64,000 nt of DNA from Ostrea edulis (Eukaryota): the NCBI RefSeq assembly GCF_947568905.1, contig NC_079165.1:12338001-12402000 (forward strand). The letters run 5' to 3'. How positions within the stretch are numbered: the first letter of the stretch is position 1; each line of letters starts with the position of its first letter. Positions 13,501 through 23,125 of the stretch are shown one piece after another. The notes below the pieces were generated by a model that did not search any database, was not told the DNA's origin, and worked only from the letters and a program-made list of their open reading frames with translations. The position numbers and the translations under genes were made by a program.

Positions 13501-13709
13501 TCAAGGCCAAGAGACCTCTTCGTATTGGACCCATTGTAGAACCTAATTTGGATCCTCTTCCGAAGGTTGAACCATTGTATGCACTGTCTGATAGAAAGGA
13601 CACTACAAAACCACCCAAAAGAGGTTCGATTGGCAGTCTTTTTACTTGTGATGTCTCAACGTTCTTAATTGATAAACACATCCCTCCAACTGAAAATGTA
13701 AAGCGTTAA
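1523..13709 (+). CDS. Gene A: type-I single-pass membrane protein with Cys-rich ectodomain (DUF7042/7043/7044-like, tentative), ~451 aa with one copy of exon 4
   Basis: Phase-consistent GT-AG exons: 1523-1583 (MIFSLWWITCTFIIVFPTSS, signal peptide), 8166-8337 (ESTCTFPSEIEGDWYSGHKGKLTFN...DFECY...KYLLR), 9607-9710 (ATDTALVFG...YICLELW...YYYYHGT), 10001-10126 and/or 10585-10713, 11416-11604, 12325-12464, 12616-12736, 13270-13709 (TM VYYITIVLGSLFIIALIILIIIL, then KKK and the tail). Homologous exon by exon to genes B and C. Confidence 0.88.
1684..2364 (-). mobile_element. SINE copy (same family as 441-699) interrupted by a DNA element
   Basis: Halves 1684-1725 and 2155-2364 rejoin to the same sequence as 441-699. 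Confidence 0.8.
1726..2154. mobile_element. Non-autonomous TIR DNA element with 5-bp TSD
   Basis: Ends are CAGTGGCCGATTT and GGATCCGCCCCTG (imperfect TIR). GGAGA is duplicated at 1721-1725 and 2155-2159. Confidence 0.85.
4667..5759. repeat. 32-bp minisatellite, ~34 copies (TACATGTACAGCCTAGTATCTTCTGTATATAC)
   Basis: Direct periodicity of 32, for example 4681 and 4713. Confidence 0.97.
6030..6176. repeat. Degenerate (AAC)n low-complexity tract
   Basis: Runs of aacaacaac and aacaataac. Confidence 0.8.
6560..6812. repeat. 42-bp tandem repeat with an internally inverted block (~6644-6719)
   Basis: Units of CCAAGGCTCCAAACGAGGATCTCCAAACTCTATAATGAGAAC. The central units read CTCATTATAGAGTTTGGAG..., the reverse complement. 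Confidence 0.9.
9178..9503 (+). mobile_element. 3' fragment of Penelope-like retroelement
   Basis: Same tail as 17495-18480 (cacctgatcccacctctggt...ttcgttatcttcac), preceded by the decayed end of the ORF (...YNDLV..YNLTLGQVLSGVF). Confidence 0.75.
10001..10126 (+). CDS. Gene A exon 4A, duplicate of exon 4B (10585-10713)
   Basis: Encodes ISLTNNDNVYGRVDAITVDTTSACNEVEPYNKGSFVTLVKNG. Phase 1-1, donor G|gtacgg, weak acceptor (caacaaag). Confidence 0.55.
10466..10585. repeat. 30-bp tandem repeat x4 containing the exon 4B splice acceptor
   Basis: GAACTTAACCTTGTTTTGTCATGCTCTAGC at 10466, 10496, 10526 and 10556. Confidence 0.95.
11630..12040. repeat. ~32-bp minisatellite (ATATCAGGTAATATACTATAAGTACATACACT), ~13 copies
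   Basis: Visible periodicity. Confidence 0.92.
12045..12192 (+). mobile_element. Penelope-like 3' tail fragment
   Basis: ggggatgcttactcctcctaggcacc...cccacctctggtatatcc...gttcgttatcttcacctttc. Confidence 0.75.
12201..12338. repeat. 37-38-bp tandem repeat x4 overlapping the acceptor of the 12325 exon
   Basis: ATTGTAG|CTGATGGTTTTTG recurs with AG at 12210, 12248, 12286 and 12323. Confidence 0.9.
13085..13158. repeat. Short dispersed repeat, second copy at ~23548-23584
   Basis: gtaaaacttatacggtaccaattttgatgcaccag is identical in both places. Confidence 0.75.
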
Positions 13710-14483
13710 AGATGTTTTCTATTTTTTAAAGTATATTTTCCTATAACTATAATTATATTTATATATGAATTGTATGAATTAACAATCCAAAGCTCTATAT
13801 TGATAATTCTATATTAAATGTTAGTGTTGTGTTCTTGCTGTAACATTCTCTCCACAGTGTTAACTTTCTAACATGTGTGACTGTGTTGTGTTATAGATGA
13901 GCATTCATTGTTACACAGAGTATTGTAAACAGTACTAGTCACCCACTTCCTGTGTTGAACTGTATTCATCTGCTAATTTCTTTTTCAATGTTGGGAATAG
14001 GCAGATATGGAAACAAGGTTTTTAATCATAATGGGTGATTTCATAGGTGAATGCATGTACATGTAGATAATTTGTTAATTTATAATGTGATGTACATGAT
14101 CGATTCATTGCTTACATTCAATATATTATCATAACGGTTCTAGAAACATTATGCATCATCGACTTATTATTGTAACATTCACAATTATCGTGTGGGTAAT
14201 TGCATCGAAAAGTATAAAATATGTGTACATGCAAGTTTGAGAGAGAGAGAGAGAGAGAGGTAACAGTGGTGGCGCATTTTTATATTTGTTAGAGTTACAC
14301 CCCTTTGTCCCACAATAACCCGCATTATTAATTTCCGCCTGGTATAACCACAGTTTAGTTAACCATGTCATGTTCCCCTTGACTATTTACCCTTTACGCA
14401 ATCGTCTTCCAATTTTACCCCTTATTCACCCTTTCGTAATTAAATCACTAACTGGAAATATTTCTCGAAATTTTGTCTTGTAG

Positions 14484-14662
14484 GACTGAGGGAAATGTAT
14501 CGTTCTGATGACTGCTTTCTTTACCATTCATATGATCAATTGTATCATTCATACGAGAAGCTGTACAGCTCACAGGAGTCCGTTTATCATCCAGAAGTAA
14601 AATGTGAAAGCCCTAATTACACAAATTATCCTTCCGTGATATGTGAAAGTCCCAATCACTAG
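14484..14662 (+). CDS. Orphan Tyr-rich exon candidate
   Basis: Acceptor ttttgtcttgtag. Phase-1 frame is GLREMYRSDDCFLYHSYDQLYHSYEKLYSSQESVYHPEVKCESPNYTNYPSVICESPNH*. No upstream partner exon identified. Confidence 0.3.
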
Positions 14663-15106
14663 TATTCTTCCACATGAATCGGGCAAGCCTTTCAAATCTC
14701 TTCTTAAGCAAGTAATGAAGACTCCAACCCCAAAGGTGCTCTAATCTGCAGTGTCATTGTCTAGGGAAATAGCTTTAGATAATGAAAATCATCTATTTTA
14801 TGAAGTTTCATATTTTTCACAAGTTGTTTCTGTTTTTATACCTTTGCTGCAGTAGATGTGTGGAAATTTTTATTTCGTGTGATTTTGTGATGTTTATAAA
14901 AAATCGTAAATATCTTGTTCAGTTGTTGAAGAACTGTGATATACAGATTGTGATATAAAAAGTGTGATGTTTATATTGTGTTCAATGCAATAAAGTATGT
15001 TCACGAAACTAATCAGTTGTTCAATGTATGCTATTAACACGTTCTTATTGCTTATGTAGAAAAGCTTCACATCACTTGCAAAGCAATGTACATTTCTTTG
15101 TCATAG

Positions 15107-15597
15107 AAATAGCTCACAACACAAATATGTAGATCGGAGCACATTTTTGCACGGTGAGTTAATCTATTTATCTCGTACTCTCACTTCTCGTGACTAACCC
15201 AATTCTGATTTATTTTTGTGCTCATTGAGAATACGACTGATTCGTCATTACAGATGCCGATGCTATATCAGTAGAGAGCGTAGAGGATGAGGATAATCCG
15301 TTTACCTTCTACAACATCGCCAAGTTCGTGCTTCTTCCGAAAATTGTCTCCAAGAAGAGCTTTGATGTCGGGGCGCTGGCAGATCCGAAGCGAAACACGT
15401 TGCACGATGTTTTAGAAGTAAAGAAAACGAAGTTAAAACAGGAGAGCAAAGCCGCGGAGGAACAGGGAAAGAAATATGAAAAAGGAAAAGAAACAAATAA
15501 AGAAAAGACAAAGGACAAACCTAAACTCACTAAACAAAAATCACAAGAACCCAAGCCTGGCAACAAAAATCGTAGAAATTCAAGAAAGGGAAAATGA
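15107..15597 (+). CDS. Two orphan exons (15107-15153, 15254-15597) encoding an acidic then Lys-rich C-terminus; possible alternative tail of gene A
   Basis: Strong splice sites (tttgtcatag|, |gtgagt, cattacag|). The joined frame is NSSQHKYVDRSTFLH-DADAISVESVEDEDNPFTFYNIAKF...KGK*. Homologous to 22262-22620. Confidence 0.6.
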
Positions 15598-15926
15598 TTA
15601 TAAATGGCAGATTATGCGGTGAAGATATGGACGGTTCTTTGGCAGGCTGAGGAAAGGTGTTTCCATTATTTGTCTTCATCTGTGACCACCCATGTCTGTA
15701 GTATTTTACCTGTGAGGCTGATATTCAGTGTTGTTATGTTTATATTTCGTGAGGAGACACTTTGGTGCAATTGTAAAACCAATCATGGTTAAGTTTATCA
15801 AATCTGTTGTTACTTTCATATGTTAATTTCCTAATGAATCTATGTACATTATTGCTTGTTTGAATTCTGAATATTCTAATTCGTTTTAAACTTTATTTCG
15901 TTCATAGTCTTTATATTGAAATTATT

Positions 15927-16139
15927 CTGTAAACGTGGATATTTCCACTTTTAAAAAAAATATTTTCGCGTATTTCTTTTGCAAACCATACGCGTAGTGT
16001 TTAATTACACGATATGAGTATCTTTAGTTGATAGATTGCATAACTAGGGGAAAAGTACGCGTAGGGGTCATTTACACGAAAATCTTGTAGTCGCATATTG
16101 ATTGAAAATAACCCCACGCGTAAATGTCCACGTTTACAG
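15927..16139. mobile_element. Small MITE with CTGTAAACGTGGA...TCCACGTTTACAG TIRs (Tc1/mariner-like, TA-flanked on the right)
   Basis: Terminal inverted repeat plus internal ACGCGTA motifs. The left TA is mutated. Confidence 0.65.
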
Positions 16140-16407
16140 TATCTAAATCCTTTCGTATATTCGGATATTTCGTGTGATGTACATTTGTCTGACCTGCTGT
16201 TGAAACCGTTGTTTTTACAGACTTTATTTGATACTTTTATAAGGATTAAACAATAAACGTTGCGGCGTCTCTTTCTTCTTGGATTTTGTTTACTTTTTGC
16301 TCTTTTATTTGTATACCATTTCTAAATATTCATGAATGACATTCATTTATTATGGTTCAAAATTATTGTCGGCCTCAATTTTCGTATATTAGTTTCGCCG
16401 ATACGAA

Positions 16408-16575
16408 ATGAAAAGTGAAGATAACGAACAGCGATCAATCTTATAACTCCTATAAGCAATACAAAATAGATAGTTGGGCAGACACAGACCCCTAGACACA
16501 CCAGAGGTGGGACCAGGTGCCTAGGAGGAGTAAGCATTCCCTGTCGACCGGTCACACCCGCCATGGGCCCTATAT
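16408..16575 (-). mobile_element. Penelope-like 3' tail fragment
   Basis: Reverse complement of the tail at 12045-12192. Confidence 0.75.
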
Positions 16576-16581
16576 TCTTTT

Positions 16582-16732
16582 TAATTGTGAAATACTCAGC
16601 CCTCTGACTAATCTTTTTACTTGTGAAATACTCAGTCCTCTGACTAGTCTGTTTACTTGTGAAATACTCAGCCCTCTGACCAGTCTCTTTTAATTGTGAA
16701 ATACTCAGCCCTCTGACCAGTCTTTTTACTTT
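16582..16732. repeat. ~36-bp tandem repeat, ~4 copies (TTGTGAAATACTCAGCCCTCTGACTAGTCTTTTTAC)
   Basis: Visible periodicity. Confidence 0.9.
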
Positions 16733-16889
16733 TCATTACAGTAAGGGATGTCGGTGATCATCCCAATTGTCCAAATTCATCTTTCTTTGATAATTTAAAA
16801 ACTGTCCGATTATGGTTTGTAAGCATTTTTTATATTTTAAAACGAACATTGTTTTTAATTTATATTTAAACTAAAGGAACTTGATACCT

Positions 16890-17070
16890 ATTTCGCAGTG
16901 TATAAGTGATCAGAGCGTTCGCTTCTGGAATGGGAGGTCGTGAGTTTGAGACTCGCACGTGCCGTGGCTGCGTCAAACTTAAGACTTAAATAATAGTGAT
17001 TATTCCCGCGTCAAACCTCGGCATTTAGAAGCGAAAGTCACATGTCTTTCCTATGAAACTTGAAAAACCG
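16890..17070 (+). mobile_element. tRNA-derived SINE 5' portion (decayed)
   Basis: Decayed A-box and B-box (GAGTTTGAGACTC), followed by gcgtcaaacttaagac...cggcatttagaag, which is homologous to the minus copy at 17085-17345. Confidence 0.6.
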
Positions 17071-17084
17071 ACTTTGGTTGTTTC

Positions 17085-17345
17085 TTTTACATTCCGTCGA
17101 GAATTTGTCACTCATATTGAGACGTCACCAGCTGTAGGTGAATTACCACATATTTAGACCTATGTTTAGCGTTCAGGACCGTAGTAGTGAGGGTTCTTTA
17201 TCGTGACAATGCCTGCCGCAACACTGGACCCCCCGTCTTTAAGGTCATATCCGAAAGACCCGTGATTGTAGATCTCCCTTCTAAATACCGTGCGTTTGGC
17301 GAAGTAGCAAACACTACCTACGTTTACGTCTTGAGGTCTAGCACT
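17085..17345 (-). mobile_element. SINE (MetaSINE-like family related to 441-699)
   Basis: Shares gagaatttgtcactcatattgagacgtcacca and ttctttatcgtgac with the other SINE copies. Confidence 0.7.
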
Positions 17346-17494
17346 AAAGGATGACGACATTGGTACGACAAAGGTCCATTGAGGTCATGGTCCTAAAGTT
17401 GTGTCACATCACATATAGCTTGGCGACGGAACCATCAATACATATGCCAACGCTACTGTGACCGGGTATTCATTCATGAAAAGACCATTCTTCA

Positions 17495-18480
17495 CGATAA
17501 ATTAAAGACTAGACTTTTTGACATAACGGAAAATTGCTTCTTCAGTATTTAAACAGAAAAGGAAATATTCATATTTTGTGATTGTACGCACAGGTATTCT
17601 GAAGTTGATATTAAAAAGATGCTAGAGTTCCTCATGGACAATATCTTCACAGTCTTTGATGAGCAGGTCTTTCAACAGTCTGTTAGAATTCCCATGAGCA
17701 CGAATTATGCTCGTTTATCATCTGAACTGGTTATTATTATTGTTATTATTTTTACGATGCAGAATGAATTCCAAATCTACATGAGAAGAAAATATAATTT
17801 GCTGTGACCTTCAAATCTGTATTTAGATATATTGACGATATTTCATCTATTAACCATGATAATTTTCATCTGGATGTTGATTCAGTATATCCCAGTGAAC
17901 TCGAAATAAAAGACACCACAGGGGCTTCCACCTCTGCTTCGTACATGGATATTTTATTGAATATATAATTGATAATGGCATACTAACAAGTCAACTTTAT
18001 GACAAGAGGGGTGCCTTCAGCTTCTCCATCGTCAACTTCCCATTTTTATGTAGCAATATTCCATTTTCACCTGCACATGGTGTTTATGTCTCTCAGTTGC
18101 TTCGATAAGCTTGTTCTGCGTATAAGCTTTCTTAAAAAAAGATCGAGACAGGTTACTGATAAATAAATTGATGTTACAGAGGTTTCAACAGTCTCGATTA
18201 GTCGTTATAACGATCTAATTTACTAATATCACATCTCATTTAAAAACTGTCATTGGTCCAATTGCTGTCTGCCGTGTGCCATACAAGTTAAGACCGTTAT
18301 TTACACACTGATTTTGACTACATATTATTCCGTTTAGCCGATCGAGATTGGGCTCACGGCGGGAGTGACCGTTGGCCAGGGGATGTTTACTTCTAGGTAC
18401 CTGATCCCACCTCTGGTAAGTCTTGGGGTCCGCTTTTTCTCTGATATCTGAAATTTCGTATTCTTTAGAGGACTTACGTT
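17495..18480 (+). mobile_element. Decayed Penelope-like retroelement reverse transcriptase plus 3' tail
   Basis: Remnant peptides MLEFLMDNIFTVF..QVFQQSVRIPMSTN, FRYIDDISSIN (YIDD catalytic motif), ELEIKDTT and LYDKRGAFSFSIVNFPFLCSNIP, with stops and frameshifts. Confidence 0.88.
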
Positions 18481-20059
18481 TCATTGAAAATATTGGAGAA
18501 AATAAATCATCATTGCAATGTTGAAATAATAAATTTTATATCATGTCATGGATATAATGAAGCATATTTTTTTCTGAAAATAAACTGAATTCTAAATTTT
18601 ACTTTACAAATTCTTTTAATTTACAAAATAATCAGCTTGCACCATTTTCTTAATATTTAATAGTTACAAGTTGACTTCGTTTGTATGTGTAAAGCAGGCA
18701 AAGAAACGGTAGGTTAATTCCGATTACTTAAACCCGATCAAAGATTAACGAAGTCTGTGTTTATTCATACAAGATTAAATTCCTTTCACGTACACCGAAA
18801 CTCCATAGTGTACCCCCATCACGAATCCAGAAATACAGGTACATTACTTCTGATATATTTCTCAACTGAAGTTTATTTTGGCTTCCTCTTAATGGTATAT
18901 GACGTGCAATATTTGTAAGGAAACGCGATCTTTGAATTCTGAAACTAATTTGAATTGATTGTAGGAATTAGTATAGTGCATCACTTGCACCGCTCAAAAA
19001 GTTGTTCAACCTGGGAAATGTTGTTGGATGTAGTCAGGGAAAGGTTGGAATTAAAGACGGAATGGGCAACTCGCAGACTGGACACGTTACATCGGGGTTG
19101 ATTCCCTCCACTCGATCTACAGTGTACTCCAGTTCAATAGGTCAGTGTAATTGTCTTCACTGTATGAGAATAGGTTATAGAAATGATTGTTCATGTACAT
19201 ATCAGGTTCAGTGCAGTACACACAGATCATGTAGATTATTGGCAATATGTTTTCTTTTCCGAATTCTAATTTGAATAATTAGTTTAAGGAACCGTATTTA
19301 CTGCACCCTGAAGAGTTCCAATAAATGTTTCTTTTCATTATTAGATCCTAGCGGTTGTGTTTTACTGAAAGGTTCAATAAATCTTAAGTTATTAGTTTAG
19401 ATATAGACATTTATTCTGATCAAATTCTACTGAAGTACGGAGACTGTATTCATTATTATGTTAGATACACGGAAGACGCTTCCTAAACTTATTGTACTTC
19501 TTGTGATATTACCTGATGTCAGCATGAATAATAATTCTAGTGGGATCTGTTAATGTACTATAACATTAATTAAATGTTCTCTCTTCTAGCCACATATATC
19601 TTTTGTTTATAAGAACATTAGAAACTGTTAAGACTGCATAGTGGGATACTTCGGCAATGTTATATTGACAAAAGAGGAAACTGGTGGCCTATGATGAAAA
19701 TGCTATTATCGTTTGTGTCTTTATACATGTCCAAAATCGGTCTGATTAGGGTATAGAGGGTCTTTAGTCAAAGCTGATCGAACAGGAAAACCCATTCCAA
19801 AACAAAATCTCCAAAAGACATTTAAAGCATTCAATGTATAATAGCCTTTTTTCAAAGATAATGCAGAAATTAGGATTTTTCCATATAATCATCTTAGTGT
19901 TAAAAATTGGATAAGATATAATTTGGTGGATATTTAGTGCTTTTAATAAACGCCTTATTGATTGTTTTCATCTTTAAAATTATTCGATATGATACTGTGG
20001 ATGCAATGGTATATATAACCATTGATTTTAAAAAAATTAAAAAAGAAAGCTAATTCATA

Positions 20060-21533
20060 CGAGGGCAAATCAATAAGTACCCAGCCTAATTTATTTCCGG
20101 TTGCGATCCACCTCTTCTTTTTCGTTGTAATTGCCCTCTAGTGAGAACTGAAAAGTAAGGGTTCTTCCCATTGACCCACTCCTTAACTGCCATCACAACT
20201 TCGTCAGACCGGAAATGACGTCCACGAATATCCTTTTTCAAGTTTGGGAATAGGAAGAAGTCGCTAGGAGCTAGGTCAGGCGAATAGGCAGGATGTGGTA
20301 TTAATTCATACCCGTTTCGCTCTACAGCATCCATTGCAACTTTGCAAGTGTGGATTCTCGCGTTATCCTGTTGCAGCAAAACACCTTTAGAGAGTTTACC
20401 TCGGCGTTTTTGACGGATGGCGGTTCTCATCTGTTCTAGCAAGTTTGCATAGTACACTCCAGTTATTGTACTTCTCTTGGGTAAAAAGTCTAATATAATA
20501 ACACCTTTTGCGTCCCAAATTACTGTGGCCATCACCTTTCCAGCAGATGGTTGCATTTTGAACTTCTTTGGCCTCGGGGACCAAGGCCCTACCCACTCAC
20601 GACACTGAGCTTTATTCTAAGGCTGATAATAATGAACCCAAGTTTCATCTACTGTCGCAAGACGCAACAGAAAATCATCTTTTGATCTAAAATGCTTCAA
20701 CAAGGTGCTGCAAACTGAAGCTCTGGTTGCCATTTGCTCATTGCTAAGGGATTTGGGGGACCCAACGGGCTGTTAGCTTGCGCGTACCTTAACGATCATG
20801 TAAAATTCTTGAAACGCTACCATTGATTGATTGATTGATGTTTAGCGCCACACTCAACAATATTTCAGTTATATGGTGGCGCCCCGTTTTTTTATTGGTG
20901 GAAGAGAGAACCCAGATACAATGTACCTGGGAAGAGACCACCGACCTTCCGCAAGTAAACTGGGAAACTTTTTTACTTACCGGCGCGAGCGGGATTCGAA
21001 CCCGCGCCGAGCAGAGATGAGAGGCCGTGTGATTTAGAGCGCGATACTCTAACCACTCCGCCACGGAGGCCCCTCGCTACCATGTGAAATGCCTAATGTC
21101 TGCGTTTTTTCTTCCACCTGAATTTGCCTATCAGAGTATACCAGTTCCCGAACTTTCTTACACTTTTCTTCGTCGGTGGCATCCAGTGGGCGTTCAGACC
21201 TGGCATCATCTTCTAAAGACGTTCTACCGTGTTTGAATTCCCCTACCCAGAATTTAACCTGCGCATAAGATGGTGTAGAAGACCCATAACCATCGACTAA
21301 CTCGCCGTGTATTTCCTTGCCTGTTTAACCTTCTAAATACAAGTACCGAATTATAGCACGGTACTCAACTTTAGTTGAAAATCATACCGTTGCATCACTA
21401 GCCATATTTGACATTCAATATCTTTTTAAAGAATGACTCGATACGCGTGCAATTATGTACCCAGGTATGAAAATCGTGACCGTCTTGGTCAATCGGAAAT
21501 GGGATATGCTGGTTACTTATTGACTCGCCCTCG
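20060..21533 (-). mobile_element. Mariner (D,D34D) transposon, full-length but inactivated
   Basis: TIRs CGAGGGCAAATCAATAAGTACCCAGC / GCTGGTTACTTATTGACTCGCCCTCG, each flanked by TA. Transposase motifs ARWVP, VDETW, QDNA and YSPDLAPSD. Contains a frameshift, an in-frame stop and a SINE insertion. Confidence 0.95.
20824..21074 (-). mobile_element. Full-length tRNA-derived SINE (V-SINE-like) inserted in the mariner
   Basis: Head GGGGCCTCCGTGGCGGAGTGGTTAGAG...GGTTCGAATCCC, (CAAT)n tail, and 9-bp TSD CGCTACCAT at 20815-20823 and 21075-21083. Confidence 0.92.
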
Positions 21534-21611
21534 TATATATGAAAAATATAAGTGCAAATTTGCATCAAAATTTATTAACATTCACATTATAGAGGTTACA
21601 AGTCTTGTTTA

Positions 21612-21930
21612 TAGGTAATATTTTGCAGATTCTGTGGTCGTTATATCGATCTTATTTGCAAATACAGCTTGTCGTTAGGTCGAATGATGTGTGTCATGTT
21701 TTACACCAACTGTTAAGACTTTTTACGTACTGATTTTCACTACGGTTTACTTAGTTTACATGTACCTAATTAAGATACATGCTTCAAGGCGGTGTGATCA
21801 GTTAACAGGGGATTCTTTCTCCTTCTAGACACGTGATCCCACCTCTGGTGTGTACAGGGGTTCGTGTTTACCCTACTCTTAATTTTGTATTGATGATATA
21901 CATTACTGTTTGTTATCTTCACCTTTCCAT
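21612..21930 (+). mobile_element. Penelope-like 3' fragment
   Basis: Same ORF end and tail (gatcccacctctggtgtgtacagggg...ttatcttcacctttc) as 9178 and 17495. Confidence 0.72.
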
Positions 21931-22261
21931 TTGCACAATAGATGTAACAAATAAACCATTTATGCTGAAATTGACATTTTCTCAAATTACCGCCACCTCC
22001 TTACACGTTCGTGAAATTATGAGACCAGTAAAAGCTGACTTAGCCTAGTCGGTGCCGATTTTCACATGAAATGCTTTGTCACTACACTGTCTAGTCTCGT
22101 TGTCTGTGGTGATGATGGGGATACAAAATCTAATTTTTATCATAGAATAAAACAGAAAGCTTACAATGTAATGGGGAAAAAGTACAGTGGATTATAAAAT
22201 TGCATCAATGTATTTCTGTAATGACTCTCAAATTGAATTACATGGATACCTATCTTAACAG

Positions 22262-22620
22262 ATTACGATACAGCGTCCCTAGAAAGCGACAGCGATACAG
22301 ATCTGCCTTTCCGGTTTAGTTTTACCAGATTATCCAATCTTCCACCTTTGCCCGGTGTTCATCCTCTTGACTACAAGGCCTACATGAATACCCCGAGTAT
22401 ATCTACTGTTAGCACCAAACAATCACAGCGAGCTCAGAAATTTGGCCGCCAAACAACTTTTCATTTACCTCTAATCACCAGTCACGTGTACAGCAACCAA
22501 CCGCTGAATAATCGATGTGTCGTCACAGTTAAAGAAAAACCAAGAGAAAAAAAGAATTCCAAGAAAACCAGGAAAAAGAAAGGAACGAAAAAGAAAAAGA
22601 AAATTATGCACAGACTTTAA
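22262..22620 (+). CDS. Orphan terminal exon, paralog of 15254-15597
   Basis: Acceptor tatcttaacag, phase 1, open for 119 codons: DYDTASLESDSDTDLPFRFSFTRLSNLPPLPGVHP...KEKPREKKNSKKTRKKK...RL*. 10 of the first 19 residues are identical to DADAISVESVEDEDNPFTF. Confidence 0.55.
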
Positions 22621-23125
22621 AATCAAAACATAAGTGTTTTGAATATGATATATATATATATACAATGTACACGTATTGTATTATGCAGGGTAAATTTATG
22701 GAAAGTAAAAAAAAATCTTTCCTGTGTTTACTTATACCAAACGATGTAATAAAAATGATAATGATGGACATGTACATGTAGTCGTTTAAAGATGTACTCA
22801 TGTCGGGTGGGATCCTAAAGCGATAGTTAATGATTGCACATAACTTTCGATAGTGAAAATGAAATCATAACACAGAATATGCACTTAAAATTACATGGAT
22901 ATAATAAATAAATGCAGGAATACCAAACTCCACCGGTAAATCAAATTGGACTAAAGTGCTTACATATTTCATATCTATAGATTGTATTGATAGAAGTGTC
23001 GATTTCCATCACCTTCATATTCAATATCGCGGATGATTCGTTCTTATTTCAATAACTGACAGGTGGAGGTTATGACAGATAACTAGTGCTCACTTTGTGT
23101 GCTGAGAAAACTACATCAATACATA

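Noticed and set aside
20789-21064. Overlapping ORFs of 91 and 61 aa
   Set aside because: They are translations of the SINE.
21000-21074. tRNA gene
   Set aside because: This is the tRNA-derived head of a SINE with a body, tail and TSD.
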